Origin: Nemertoderma westbladi
Taxonomy: Eukaryota > Animalia > Xenacoelomorpha
Length of the DNA: 36,124 nucleotides
Assembly: GCA_032718475.1 (NCBI GenBank)
Contig: JAUCBJ010005240.1
Coordinates: 1 to 36,124, forward strand
Reading direction: 5' to 3'
A program made the position numbers and the translations under genes. The notes under the pieces were generated by a model. The model was not told the DNA's origin, made no database searches, and worked only from the letters and a program-made list of their open reading frames with translations. The number at the start of each line of letters is the position of its first letter. The first letter of the stretch is position 1. Positions 24,167-36,094 of the stretch are shown here, in pieces.

Positions 24167-24682
24167 TGTGACGGGATCAAGGGATCCTATTTGGTTAATT
24201 AGATGCAGATGAGTAAACTGGTAATAGTGACTAAATAGCCAATGTTGTTAATGGCAACGATGACGGTGAAACAATATCGCCTGTCTGCACTGAAACTGAC
24301 AACTGAGTAAACTGATTCACAAACCGGTAGCAAGTAGATAATATATGACACACCAATATTACTCTACTACTACATTACTGTGGCCTCTTACCTAGTGGAT
24401 GCTATCCTTCGCCCCTATTGGCTAATAACCTACTTCACGCCTTTCACTCTCTGGGAGTGTTTCCCCCCCCCCCCCCCCTGTTACTAGCCCCTGCTGGCTG
24501 TTTCCCCTTCCGAGGTGGTTTGACCTCTAACCTCCCTTTGTGTGGCTTTGGGGTTTGTACTGTCCCCCGATGTTGGTTGTGATACGAGATTAGTTATTGC
24601 TAATCTCGTATCTCCAACATATTGCTGAAAATGCCACTTCCCATTTTATGAGGGTAATGCGACGGAATTGAATCTGCTTGTA
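24167..24682 (-). repeat. 5' LTR of BEL copy 1 (~140-bp internal deletion, damaged outer end)
   Basis: Matches 10539-11191 with few substitutions; lacks ~10560-10700; ends gaatctgcttgta instead of gaatccacttaca. Confidence 0.85.
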
Positions 24683-25410
24683 TGATACTTTTGTCCTTCT
24701 GTCTATATTTAGTTTTCTATGTATCACCCCATCATCATTATGATGATCTCAGGACATGCGTAGAACATAGTCAACCACAATTATGAACAAGAATGGTGCA
24801 AGTGTGTCTCCCTGGATGACGCCCCATAACACTTCAAATGGTTCTGTGTCACCGTCAACAGTAGTCGAAAACAAATGTAGTCGAACCATCGAATAATGAT
24901 ATGATTGCTGCAATAATTACATCAGGAATCCCATATAATGAAAATATGCTGAACGAGCGAGAGACTGAATCAAAGGCCTTGAAGAAGTCAACAAAGATAA
25001 CAGCCAAGTGCCTGTCTTTCTTTTTTGAAAACTCTACAATATATCCTTCTAAGTGGCAAAATGGTCTCCATGGTCACACGACCTTTACGGAACCCATTCT
25101 GATTTCCACGAAGCAGTCTCTCAATGGGATCCCTGATGCGATTTAATAGAATCCTATTGTATAGCTTTGCAACAATCGATATCAATGAGATTCCCCGAAA
25201 AGAACCAAAGAATGTTAGGTTACCCTTCTTGGGAACTGGCACCAACTTATTTGTTTTCATTTCTTGTGGGACTCTTGTTGTTCTGTACATGTCTTCTAAG
25301 ATGGGATAGATGAGCTTTAAACACTCAGGTATTTTAAAGACCTCAGGAGGGACACCATCTATTCTACTGGCACGATTGGTCTTAATACTCTTTGCAGCAG
25401 CTTCGTCAAG
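24683..25410 (-). pseudogene. RTE-type LINE reverse transcriptase fragment
   Basis: VPVPKKG...RGISLISIVAKLYNRILLNRI...QNGFRKGR; then FVDFFKAFDSVSR and GVIQGDTLAPFLFIIV by manual translation; cut off by the LTR before YADD. Confidence 0.85.
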
Positions 25411-26129
25411 TCAGGTATTCTAGGTCATTGATCAAGAAAATTTATCACCTCCATGCAGCATAAAGGAGGTGCCACCTGTGGCTGCATAGACCCTCTTACT
25501 AGGGCAAATCTGGTCCTGTAACTAGGACCCCCTTCGCCTTCGTTCTGAGATAAGGACGCCCTTGATCCTGGATTAAGTACCCACATACTTGGCTGCATGG
25601 GAATATGGCCTGCTCAGGCAGATGGTGATCTACCAATGGCTGGTCAGGAGTAGAGTGATCTCATGTCCACTCTGAATGCACTTCACTACGACGACCTGCA
25701 CCTGGCAGCAAGGGTACAGTGTAGATAGAGCATCAGAGTAGATATGGGTGATGAGCCTCATATCTGACTCCACTGCGACACCCATCCTGAGGAATGGCAA
25801 ACCAGGGTGTGGACATTTGCCCCGAGAGCTGACTTGGCAAAAAGCACCCCCAACCCCCACTATGGATTACATTAGTAAGGCAGAGGCCAGTGGAATTACC
25901 GGACACATTTGGCCTCACTGGTGTCAGTTATCTCCTGACCGGCTGCCTGTCTCATCCCCTACTGGAGAGAGAGCGGCCAACACTTCTGTGAGTCCTTTTC
26001 TGATGACCTTTCTGGCCCAAACCCTGGCTCATCAGGGATGCCAGATTGTGAGGGGGGAAGGGATTCTGGATTTGGAGGCTACTCTCATGTTCCACCCTGA
26101 CCAACCAAGGCATTGGTGAATCTGAGGCA

Positions 26130-26300
26130 AGACTAACCTCAGTTAACACCCTAAAACTCGGGTGTCCCCAATGCGACAAGGTGAACTGCTGCCTTGGCAG
26201 ATAAGTTTCATCTTAGTGCTGTGAGTTTTCAAGAGCACCGAATGCAGACTGGGCAGACTGATGAGGTTCTGATTAAGGACATGGGGGCAACGTGGCCCAT
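26130..26300 (+). pseudogene. Possible start of a LINE APE endonuclease domain (preceded by putative 5' UTR from ~25440)
   Basis: Manual translation VNTLK...GE/AALADKFHLSAVSFQEHR resembles the N(V)xTL...EL...QE(H/T)R start of RTE endonucleases; short and frameshifted. Confidence 0.45.
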
Positions 26301-26479
26301 CTAATCAGCCGTGGTAAATCAGATGATTAGTGTACAGTTGCCAACGTGGCCGTTTCCCTGGTTACATGAGTTATTGTATTCCTATCTACATATTGCACAA
26401 TGGAAGATTCCCATGTGAGTTAGTGAGGCTACTTCCCCCTGCTTGTATATTGGATACCCAATACCCTTTGCTACCCAAT

Positions 26480-26782
26480 GGATGCTTTCCTATCTTTCCC
26501 CACATGCTCCCTTGCCCGCTATTGGCTTATATACTAATTGTCACTTTGGCACTCCCTGTAGGTGTTACCCCCTGCCACTAGCCTCGACTAGCTGGGTACT
26601 CCCTCTGAGGTGGTTTGACCTCTCACCTCTCTTTGTGGCTTAGGGCGTGTGTCGCCCCCCCCCCCCCCGAGTTGGTTATGGGGCAAGATTATTATTGGTA
26701 ATCTCGTATCGCCAACTATATTGGTAAAATGCCACTGGTCCCATTTTAGGGTAGAGAATGAAGGGAATTGAATCCGCTTACA
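26480..26782 (-). repeat. Recognisable part of the 3' LTR of copy 2
   Basis: Diverged match to ~10915-11191, ends gaatccgcttACA followed by PPT complement; outer end not identified. Confidence 0.7.
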
Positions 26783-27509
26783 CTCCCCCCATGCTATTTT
26801 CCCGGTAAGAAAATAGCATCAACCTTAAGTGCGCTTCAATTCCACTGGAACCTAATCTAATATCGGGTGTGGGGTGGAGTTCTTTTCTCTGGGTCGGCTT
26901 TCCAGGCCGCCCCACCCCCCCCTGGGTGTGTTATTACTACCCATCCTTGGTGCAATCGCGAGCTATGTTACACCGAGGTATCTGGTGTCTCTGTTTGAGA
27001 CTATTGTGCTCACTCTCCACACAATTTTCCTTTAACCTTACTCAAATCTTCCTCATGGACCTTGCTGTCCCTTCTTCTCTCACCAGTCCCTTGGGACTCA
27101 TCCTCCCTCACTGCTCGCTCTCCACACTTGAATTGCACATCTTTCACTTCCTCACACCTCTATGTACCCTCTCTGCACTTCCCCCGATTCCCCTGTACTG
27201 AACCGATATTTTGATTCGTTTTCCGTTCCCTCCTGTCAGGCTCCCACATTCTTATCAGTGCGGCCGCACTTGAGAAATGGGATCCGTCTAATGTCTAGTC
27301 CTCCTGTCGTAGTCAAGTGGTCCCCAATCCCAGTAGCTAATTGGAAGAGGTTATATGACTACAGTACTTACATTGATTATATTTTGATTATTAATTAGTT
27401 ATTTTACATACGTACATACCAATTGCACTTAATTATTTGCACTTAGGAGTTCGTTATTTACCCTACATGTGGTGCCTTCCAGGCACACCCACATCTCTGT
27501 CCCTGAGTT

Positions 27510-30500
27510 CTAGTTCGCTCCTCCCGTCTTCGGGAACCATCTGAGTTCTTTGCCCCTATCGTCGTCTTGTCTGGGCTGTTTCCTTCCCTCCGGCTTGTCC
27601 TCCCTGAGACTCGTCATTCTTGCCATTACCGTCTTGCTAAGCCCCGTCATTGGTTCTTTGGGCGCAGCTGTTCTCAACTCCCGGTATCGCTTTGCAAGTG
27701 GTCCCTCCGAGTGTCCCTCCTGTTTCCCCCTGGTAGCGTCCCACAGGATCATTTTCATCGCCCGCGGCACGTGTTCTTCCAGAAACTCCCTGAACTCGAC
27801 CCTGTTTTCTGACGACCATCTATCCAAGTATCTCTGAGTGTTAATGACTCCTCCATATGATGCCGCTGTCGCTACCTCCTGATATGTGAATGGCAGTCTC
27901 CTCTTGATAATCTCCTGGCGGGCTCCCGGATTGATATTAAAGAAGCCCCACCGGAACTCCTGGGCCTTCATCCTCTGCCGTGTCATGACACCGACGTCGG
28001 CCCACTCCTCGAATATCTTGAACTTCTCTTCGTCGTCCATCCAGTCGCACTGGCGCCCATAGTGCCCTCGAAAATTTCACTTTGAGCATCGGTTGTGCAG
28101 CCTCGGACATGCACCTATCCTATGGGTCGACTCATGGCAGTAGAGACAGGTCGTCCCCTTCTGGAATCGATACAAGCAGCTCTTTTCCTGGTGGGTTAGT
28201 CTCCCACAATAATCACAGCCATGTATCAATGAGTCCCACCCTAAGTCGTCCTTTGCCCCGTGTGGTCACCTGGGTCTATGGAGCCGCTGATAGGCAAACA
28301 TCTGGACGCTGTGGTCCCTACCCATATCGACGTCTTCCTCCACCCTCGGCATCATCTCCCCAAACACTACCCATGTTGCCGTTCCTGGTTGCTCGCCCAA
28401 CCTGATTGTATTTGCTGCGAAATCCATCGCCGGCTTCTTGTGCTCCCAAGGCCGCTTGCCGGGTTTGTCCCAGAAGGCTCTCGCCACGCTGGCCATCACC
28501 ACTCTCCCGCCCACCCAGTCCGTATCTGAGTGGCCGATTCTCTCAATGGGCGGCATCTCCCCGAACTCATCATCATCCTCCTCCCTCGCCGGGAGTAGAC
28601 CCAAACCCAGTACCCCGGTAGATCCACTGTGTCCCTTTCCGCCTTGGTTTCCACCCATGACCTTCCACCGTTACTGCTCCCTCGGTATCTTCCATGCAAA
28701 ATTGCTCTCAGAGCCTCCTGGTATGGGCATTACTTGCAATCCCGATGTCGACTGTTTTGGTGATCCTTCTGTCCATCCCAGTTCATCCTCCAGAAACTCG
28801 CCTGAGGTCTCCAATCCCCTCCTCGGCTCATCCAGGTTCTGGGCTACGAACTCGTATTCCTCTCCCCTTATATCCGCTTCTCTCTCGGCAGCCTCCCTCC
28901 TTTCTCTCCTTGCGACCTCCTCCAGTCTCCTCTCCTCGACTCTATCCGCTTCCAACTTCTTCCACCTCGTGTACGGTATGTCCACCTCTCTGTCCACTAG
29001 GTGTACACCGGTAGTACACCGACTCGCCATTCAGCCCCGGGTGGTCTACATATCTCTCAAAGGCCACCTTAACCCTATTAAACCCGGGGGGGGGGGTCAA
29101 TATGACCCCCCCCCCGTGGTTTTTTTTATTATAATTCTGAAACAAACGCAGTTGGGAATCTGAAATTTTATGACTTTTCCTAAAAATCTATTGTCTTCCT
29201 AGAAGTGAGAACCGTTTTCAAAAATATTGGGTACTTTTCGAGTTATAGCACCATTTTTTAACCCTACTTTTTGCACTTTTTTTGCGACGTTTTTTGAAAA
29301 TTACATTTCATTAAAAATGAATTGTAACATCTCTATTTTTGATTTACACCGGTTTTTTGGTGTTAGAAATTGGATGGAATTCATATAAATTGATTTAGAA
29401 ATTTTAAACTTGTTTTTTTCGGTGGGTGCCAAATTTTGGTGCCAGCACCAAATTTTGAAATAAGTCAATTTGGTAAATTGATTGTTTGAAAGTTGTTTTT
29501 TACGCAATTGGGGTTTTTTGGGGTTCTGGATTCGATGAAATGTATACGAGTTGCACCAAGCGTATCAAACTTGTATTTTTCGGTGCTGTGTGCAAATTTT
29601 GGTGCTAGCACGAAATTTTGAAAATCCATTCAATAGATAAAATTGCTTGTGACAATTTATTTCTTGCGTTTTAGAGGTTTATGGCTGTTCTGAATTCAAT
29701 GGAAAATATAATTATCTAACTAGACATCTCAAACTTGTATTTTTCGGATGTGGGTGCAAAATGTGGTGCTAGCACCAAATTTTGAAAACCATCAAATATA
29801 TCAATTGATTGTGTCACCTTGTTTCTTGCGTTATACGGGTTTGTGATGGTTCTGAATTCAATGGAATCAGTAAAAATTTCATAAGAGTTCTCAAACTTGT
29901 ATTTTTCGCCGGTGGGTGAAAATTGTTGTGCCAGCACCAAATTTTGGAAAATATGCAAATTGATAAGTAGATAGTATCACCTTGTTTCTTGCGTTATACG
30001 GGTTTATGAGGGTCCTGAATCCGATGGAATCAATAAAAACAGCACTGGACATCGCAAACTTGTACTTTTTGGTGATGGGTACGAAATTTGGTGCTAGCAC
30101 CAAAATTTGCCAAATTACGCCGAAAAATACAAGTAGCAATGATCTGGCATATTAGAAAAGTATTCCATTAGAATCAGCGCCCTCGAAAACCTGAAAATGT
30201 GAATTTATAGCATCGTATAAGTGAATTAACAATTTTGTGTTCTAACTGAAAAGTGCTGGTTACTTGTTTTTTTCATTTTTTTCCTACGCAGAGAGGACTA
30301 AACAACCATTTATAGTAATCATATCATTTTTAAATATTTTCCAATGTATTTTGCACCCCAGAAAACCTGTATTGAGAAATAATTAGCCGAAAATGTAACT
30401 TTCAAATTTTGTGAAAATTGTGCACTACTTGTAATTTTGGTGTTGCAATATAACCACTCCAGTACATTTTTTCGAAAATTTTTTTTTTCGGTCCGATCCA

Positions 30501-31643
30501 GAGAAGTGATACCTACGTACAATCAAAAAATCAGACGTTTTCGTAAATATTTGTAGATTTTAGAGGGGGGGGGGGGGGGGGGGGGGTCAATATGACCCCT
30601 CCCCGGCATTTGTACAACATTTTATAGCCCGGTACTAATAGGGTTAAAGGCTTTCCTGTGATTTAGAGGTGCTCCTGATAGCAGAAACGCTGTCGGCTCT
30701 CTTCGGATAACCACGGCCATGAATAGGTTTAATAAACCTATCATTATCCAATCCTCCTGTGAGATATATCTCTTCTGATATATCTTTATTGCTCCCCTTC
30801 GGAACTGATATACCTCCTGCTTCCCTGGCCTCGCTCCCCATTTCAGCGAGTTTGCGAGTTCCGCTCCGTACTCCTCTCGGAACTTGCTCCAGTCCATCGG
30901 CTTGTGGCAGAGGAGCCCCATGAGCTGGCCCATCGCCACTGCTCCACAATGTCCCGTGTTCTCTACCAATCCCAACCCCTCTGGCTCCGTCATAGCCATA
31001 TAGACCACTTGCATGTCCAGGAGATTGGGGATCTCCAGTCCGATTATCCTGTCTGCGTCATCACGGATTGCCGATCCCACCTTAACCGTAGTCTTCTGTC
31101 TCACTAGGTCCTGCACCGCCCTCGGCAACCGGTTCAACTTTGGCCCGCTCTCCTGGGTCCCCAGATCGAATAAAAAGATATCTCCGTTTGGTGTGGCCAA
31201 ATGCAGTAGTATGGTTCTAGCCGATCCCGCCAACCCTCTTCTCGAGCCCTCGTCATCCTCCACAGTCCCTTCATCGTCTAGGACCATGTACCCACCCCTG
31301 TTCACGGATTCTACAAACCTCCTCCACTCCTTCCTTGGTGGTTCCCTCGGATACTTCGGTATCCCTTCGCCTCCTCTCCCTTTACTATGTAGTGAAAATG
31401 CTCGAGGATCGCGTTGTCCAACGACGGCGTCCCGTAAGTCCCAACCAGTCGTCTCACGTTCATCTCCCTAAACTGGTCCTGTAGTGCGTGCACTTTGTGA
31501 CCCTTCGCTAGCAGTTTGTAGTATCCTCTCATCTTATCCTCCGGATGCCTCTGCGTGAAGTCCACTAGTAACTCCTTTCCAGTCTTCTCCGCCTTTCTCT
31601 TTTTTACTAACCTCTCCGCCATCACAAACATTCCCTCGCTCAC
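27510..31643 (-). pseudogene. Extra ORF of copy 2 (DEDD exonuclease plus zinc knuckles), frameshifted and split by a DNA transposon
   Basis: Pieces 31311..31643, 30622..31305, 28671..29030, 28266..28658 and 27510..28040 align with copy 1; retains VLDDEG and KVGSAIRDDA. Confidence 0.8.
29073..30643. mobile_element. Complete 1571-bp non-autonomous piggyBac-like element (copy B)
   Basis: TTAA at 29069-29072 and 30644-30647; termini CCCTATTAaacCCGGG / CCCGGtacTAATAGGG; removal restores AFKVAF as in copy 1; no transposase ORF. Confidence 0.9.
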
Positions 31644-32134
31644 CTAATTGGTGGGGCCTTACAAAGGCTCAATTTGGATGAGTGCCATTAAACAAGGTGT
31701 TCTGTGTTCCGTTCAGTAATGGCCTACCTCCTAGATTATAATTCCTTTCTATATTTTCCAAATATACCTTCCCAAAGTGCAAATTTTCTTAATTTCGAAA
31801 TTTAGTCAGTTACTTTAATTATGATTCTAGAACTCCCTCCTTCCAGTTGCTATAATTTATTAAATTTTATTTTTAATATCAGTTATTTTTCCCTCTCCCT
31901 GTGCTATTAACAACTGTCAGTGGGTTATTTAACTTAGATAACCCCTCTACTTTGTATACAGGGAAGACTAGCTATAATTTTACTACTCTAGCTTCTTACG
32001 AGACAGCTTTCTCGTCCTGTAACAAATAGCCTATACTTAGACTACGGGCTGTGTGGTACCGTAGTCTGTCTCGTGCGGCCTACACGGTCTGTCCTGCTGT
32101 ATCCACATGCCCCCCCTTTTCAACTTCATGGTGC

Positions 32135-32465
32135 TCTCAATGCCCACAACTTCTACGGTACTATGTATCCTACTACTACTACTATGGTTTGTGTACATAC
32201 CCTTTACTTCCTTACGTGGCACCCTCAGTGCCCACAACTTCTATGGTACTATGCACACTACTACTACTACTATGTAGTACCCTTTACTTCCTTACGTGGC
32301 GCCATCCGTGCCCACAACTTCTACGGTACTATGTACCCTACTACTATGGTATGCCTAAATACCCTTTAATTCCGCTTACTATGTGGCACCCTCAGTGCCC
32401 ACAGGTTTTATGGTACTCACTATGTACATTACTGCTATGTACTACCTACTACTACTATTACTACT
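32135..32465. repeat. Tandem repeats (~85-90 bp units with tac microsatellite) in the copy 2 spacer
   Basis: Recurring gtgcccacaacttctacggtactatg...tactactac...ccctttacttccttacgtggc. Confidence 0.8.
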
Positions 32466-32576
32466 TATTTTATTATTTTATTATTTTGCTTGTTTTATTT
32501 TTTGTTTTTATGTGTGGGAAGGGAATCTTGCCCTAATTTCCACCCCCCTCAGTCCAATATATTAGACGACTAAAGT

Positions 32577-32700
32577 TTAAGGCGACCTTTCCAATAGGCA
32601 ACACTTTCCTACAGCCCTCCTGTAGGTCTTCCTATCTTTGGCCCCTATCTTTCCTCCAATCCTCACTTCCACGGATCTAATTCTTCCATCTTTGTCCCCC
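32577..32700 (-). pseudogene. Isolated integrase C-terminal tail of copy 2
   Basis: Translates DKDGRIRSVEVRIGGKIGAKDRKTYRRAVGKCCLLERSP*, nearly identical to the end of 15724..16347. Confidence 0.85.
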
Positions 32701-32792
32701 CTCGGTCCAACTTATTGGACGACTCAACAACCTAAGGGCGATTCTTCCAGCAGGCAACTCTCCCACTGCCCCCCTATAGGTCATCTTAATCT

Positions 32793-35700
32793 TTACCCCA
32801 CTCTTCTTGTAAATTCCAACTCTTTTGGAATTGACCTTCCCTTCTCCTCCACCCTTAAATCGGGTCTTTCCGTCATCTCATGGACCCCTGGTAGCAAAAT
32901 GCCACCCTTCATCTTGTTGTCACTTGGCGGTAGAATGCCGCCCTTCATGTCATCCTCACTGGTACATGCCACCTCTGCTGGCCTCCCCCTCAATATGTGC
33001 GCCAGCATTAAAGCCCCCAATGACCCCTGGTCATCCTTCGGTACGCATATTGGCTTACCATTTAATGCCCCTTTGCACACTGCCAGCCCCATGTGCGTGT
33101 ACAACACGCCTCTTCCAAGTTTCCTGCCTCCTTTGTCACGCTTCGTTATCGGCTTCTCTGCCCCTGGTCTAATCTTCCCATGTCTTCTCCCCTTCCACCT
33201 TGTCTTCTTACTCGACCTCCTCCCTACCGACATGCCTCTCAACTGGACCGGCATCTGTTCCGGACATCTCTCCGGACATCCCGCGGTCCACTCTTCTCCA
33301 TCCTCACACCGATACTCACCAGGGACATCTATGTTCCATCCCATCGCCTCTAGGTCCTCTGCACTGAATCCATTCTCCTCTGCCCACTCCCTTGCTGTTG
33401 CTTCGCCTCCCAACTCATCTATCGGCGGTATTTCTCTGCACCCATCCTCTATCCTTTCACCCCGCTCCACTATGCGTGGTTCCAGATCCATACCCATCCC
33501 CGACTCCTGGTGTCCTTCCTTGGGCTGCTTCCCATATGGGACCTTCCCATCGTCTGTCTCTGGTTTCTCCTCTATGTCCTCAACAGTGCCGGACATCATG
33601 CACCGTGATGTCCCTGACACACCAAATGGTGTCCTCGTCTTAATTGGGCCAGTGTGCGTCCATCCAAATGGCGTGAGAATGGCCATCGGGTCTCGCTCCC
33701 TGTCATCGCCGAAAATGGTCTGTAGTCTCACGTGGGCTGTCGGGCAGTCCATGCCGACTATTAGAGATACTTTCGGGACATCCAGCTTGGGCACGGAGAA
33801 ATCAATGTTGTCCAGGTTGTCCCGGTATTGCTCGACCTCGATCTTCGTGGGTTGCCTGGCGTTAATATTAATCGATTCTATTATTCGGATCGGTTCGATG
33901 GTAGCGCCATAGCCGCACCCTGGTGTTATCGCTGATATCTCGCAACGCCCCGTGCTCATTCTCATGACCTCCTCCTTACTGGAGATAGTGGTTACCGCCA
34001 TCTTGCTAGGCCTCGTTTGTAACCCTATCCTTTCGGCCACCCAACTCTCCGTTAGTGTAAATGCTGCTCCGCTATCGACCAACATTAGTGTTGTGACCGA
34101 TAGCCCGTCCTCTCCTGTTATTCTCACTGGTACTACCCCGAGTAGTACTGTCCTCTTCCTCCTTGCTCCCATCGTGGTCGTTGCTATGGTTTGGCCTCCA
34201 GACTCCACACTCTTCGAATCTGTGTCCTCCTACCACGCATCGATGACATAGTCCATTTATACCTGCGTAGGCTACCCGATCTTGTTTAGGCAACGCCTGC
34301 CAATGCTTGCAATTCATGGTCTGGTGGAATGTGTTTGTATGTAATTGGCATTTGTATTTTGGATTGTAGCCTTCTTTATATAGCGCTTCACGTATCGCTT
34401 GTATATTTATACCTAGCGGTTTAGTGTTTTGGTTATTTGGACTCGGCCTACTGGGGGTGTCGGGATTATATTTGTTTGTGTTGTTGTTTTGTTTCTGCCC
34501 CTGCCACGGTGTGGCTCTAATCCCAGCTGTCTGTGGACTTGCAGTCCCCTGTGTCGCCGCGTATGGTAGTGACTGTCTTAATTTTGGTAGTGCATTCGCT
34601 GCACTGTGTTCGGGTTTAGGCCTGTTGAATTCAGCTTTCGGCGCCCTCCCCAGACTATCCTCGCTGTAGACTGGGTCTGTAATCAATTCCGCCTCATAGT
34701 TAAGGAAGTTTGACATCTCCTCTAGCCCTCTGGCTCCGCACCTATCGTCTCCCGGGTGGAGAAGGCGATCTTTCTCCACTTGTTCCTCATCCAGATCGTT
34801 AGTGCCTGCGCTATTGTGGTGATGTTATTCGATGCGTTAAGTTTGTAAGGTGCATCTAGGGTCTTTAGCACAATCAGCGCCTTTTCGACTTTATTCGCGA
34901 AGGTATTGATGCTGACAGGGTTATCCTGTAGTCCGCCTGACGTTATTCCCCTTAAGGTTTGTCGGATGATCTTCGCAGGATGCAAGAATTCCCTGTCCAG
35001 GGCACGCCATGCAGTTGTGAATCCACCTTCGATACATTGATACTGCCTTATGATGTCATATGCTGGCCCCCCTGTGTAAACTTGTAAGTATTTAAGGCAC
35101 TCCGCCTGCGTCAAGTTTTTCGTTAATATTTCATTACTGTACATGCGCCGGAATTGCAGGTATTCCTTGGCTTACTACCATCGCATTTGAACGGCTCCAC
35201 TGGCGGTAGCTCGATCCTGGTCTTTAGCGCGTTGATGAGTGTTGCCATTCCCATCGCTTGTACTTCCAGCGTTGGTTGTGATGCAGACTCCCTTCGCTTC
35301 GACTTTCTTTGTGTTGGATATATCATCGGGGGTAACGGTCCCCTCCATATCTCCATGTCACACGACTTGGGGTTTTCGTTCTTGGTTGAGTGTATTGCTG
35401 ATATTGCAATGGGGGAATGTCACCCTGCCCCCCCCCCCCCTCCCCCACCAATGTTATATTTGGTACCTGGGTTGATGTTACTATGTTAGGGCCCATGCAC
35501 CTATCGGCAATAGCCCCCCCCCCCCCCCCCTCCCCTGGGTATATATTATATCCCTGCATGTTATAGTCATACTGGTGTGCAGGTACCAGTATAGGCCTAT
35601 CCACTTCTTGCCTACCGACCGGTATGTACGACGCGACTTTTGGGTTTAATCCCGTTGTCCGCGCTACCCTATCGCCTACACTATCTCTCCCAGCATGGCC

Positions 35701-36094
35701 TATAGTATGTGCGTGCAGTAAGGCCTACAGTATGTCCTGCAGTCTGCCTGTGTCCTTCCAGGCCGAAGTTTAATCTTCTCGAATATTCCAAGAAGTCCTC
35801 CCCGCGACTACCATATTCTCGATCGGCAGCTACGTTTCATCGGGAAGTCTCTCATCGATCCCCTCTTCTGTCTTCATCCTCATACTGGTACATCCTGTAC
35901 CCTTCTCCCGGTGTGTGGTGTATCTCACCAGGTTGTGTTTCTCCGGTAGCAATGCTCCTTCGATTCTCCTCACTTTGTCTCACTTCAGTGCAGTGTTCCT
36001 CCTCGTGAGATCTCGCTTTGACCTCCCAGATAAACGCACCTGTTCTTCTTCTGTCTTCCGACTGGGCTCGACGTTTTCTCGCTCGCCTGCTCAC
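32793..36094 (-). pseudogene. gag-protease of copy 2 fused in frame to ~270 residues of unrecognised sequence
   Basis: Gag pieces 35123..35356, 34722..35144, 34072..34779; ORF 32793..34208 has LVDSGA and LTPFGW then diverges from copy 1 after CMMSGT. Confidence 0.85.

Larger units (their letters stand above)
10539..24682 (-). mobile_element. BEL/Pao LTR retrotransposon copy 1 (LTR-gag-pol-extra ORF-LTR), degenerate, with ~2 kb of inserted DNA near its 5' end
   Basis: Near-identical LTRs starting TGTGACGGGATCAAGGGATCC at 10539 and 24167; PR-RT-RH-IN order with BEL-specific motifs; PPT next to the left LTR. No TSD or PBS recognised. Confidence 0.88.

Noticed and set aside
32638-33912. 424-aa + strand ORF and other antisense ORFs over the BEL elements
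   Set aside because: Ser/Pro/Leu-rich mirror frames of purine-rich coding strands; no recognisable domain and not shown to be conserved as a unit.
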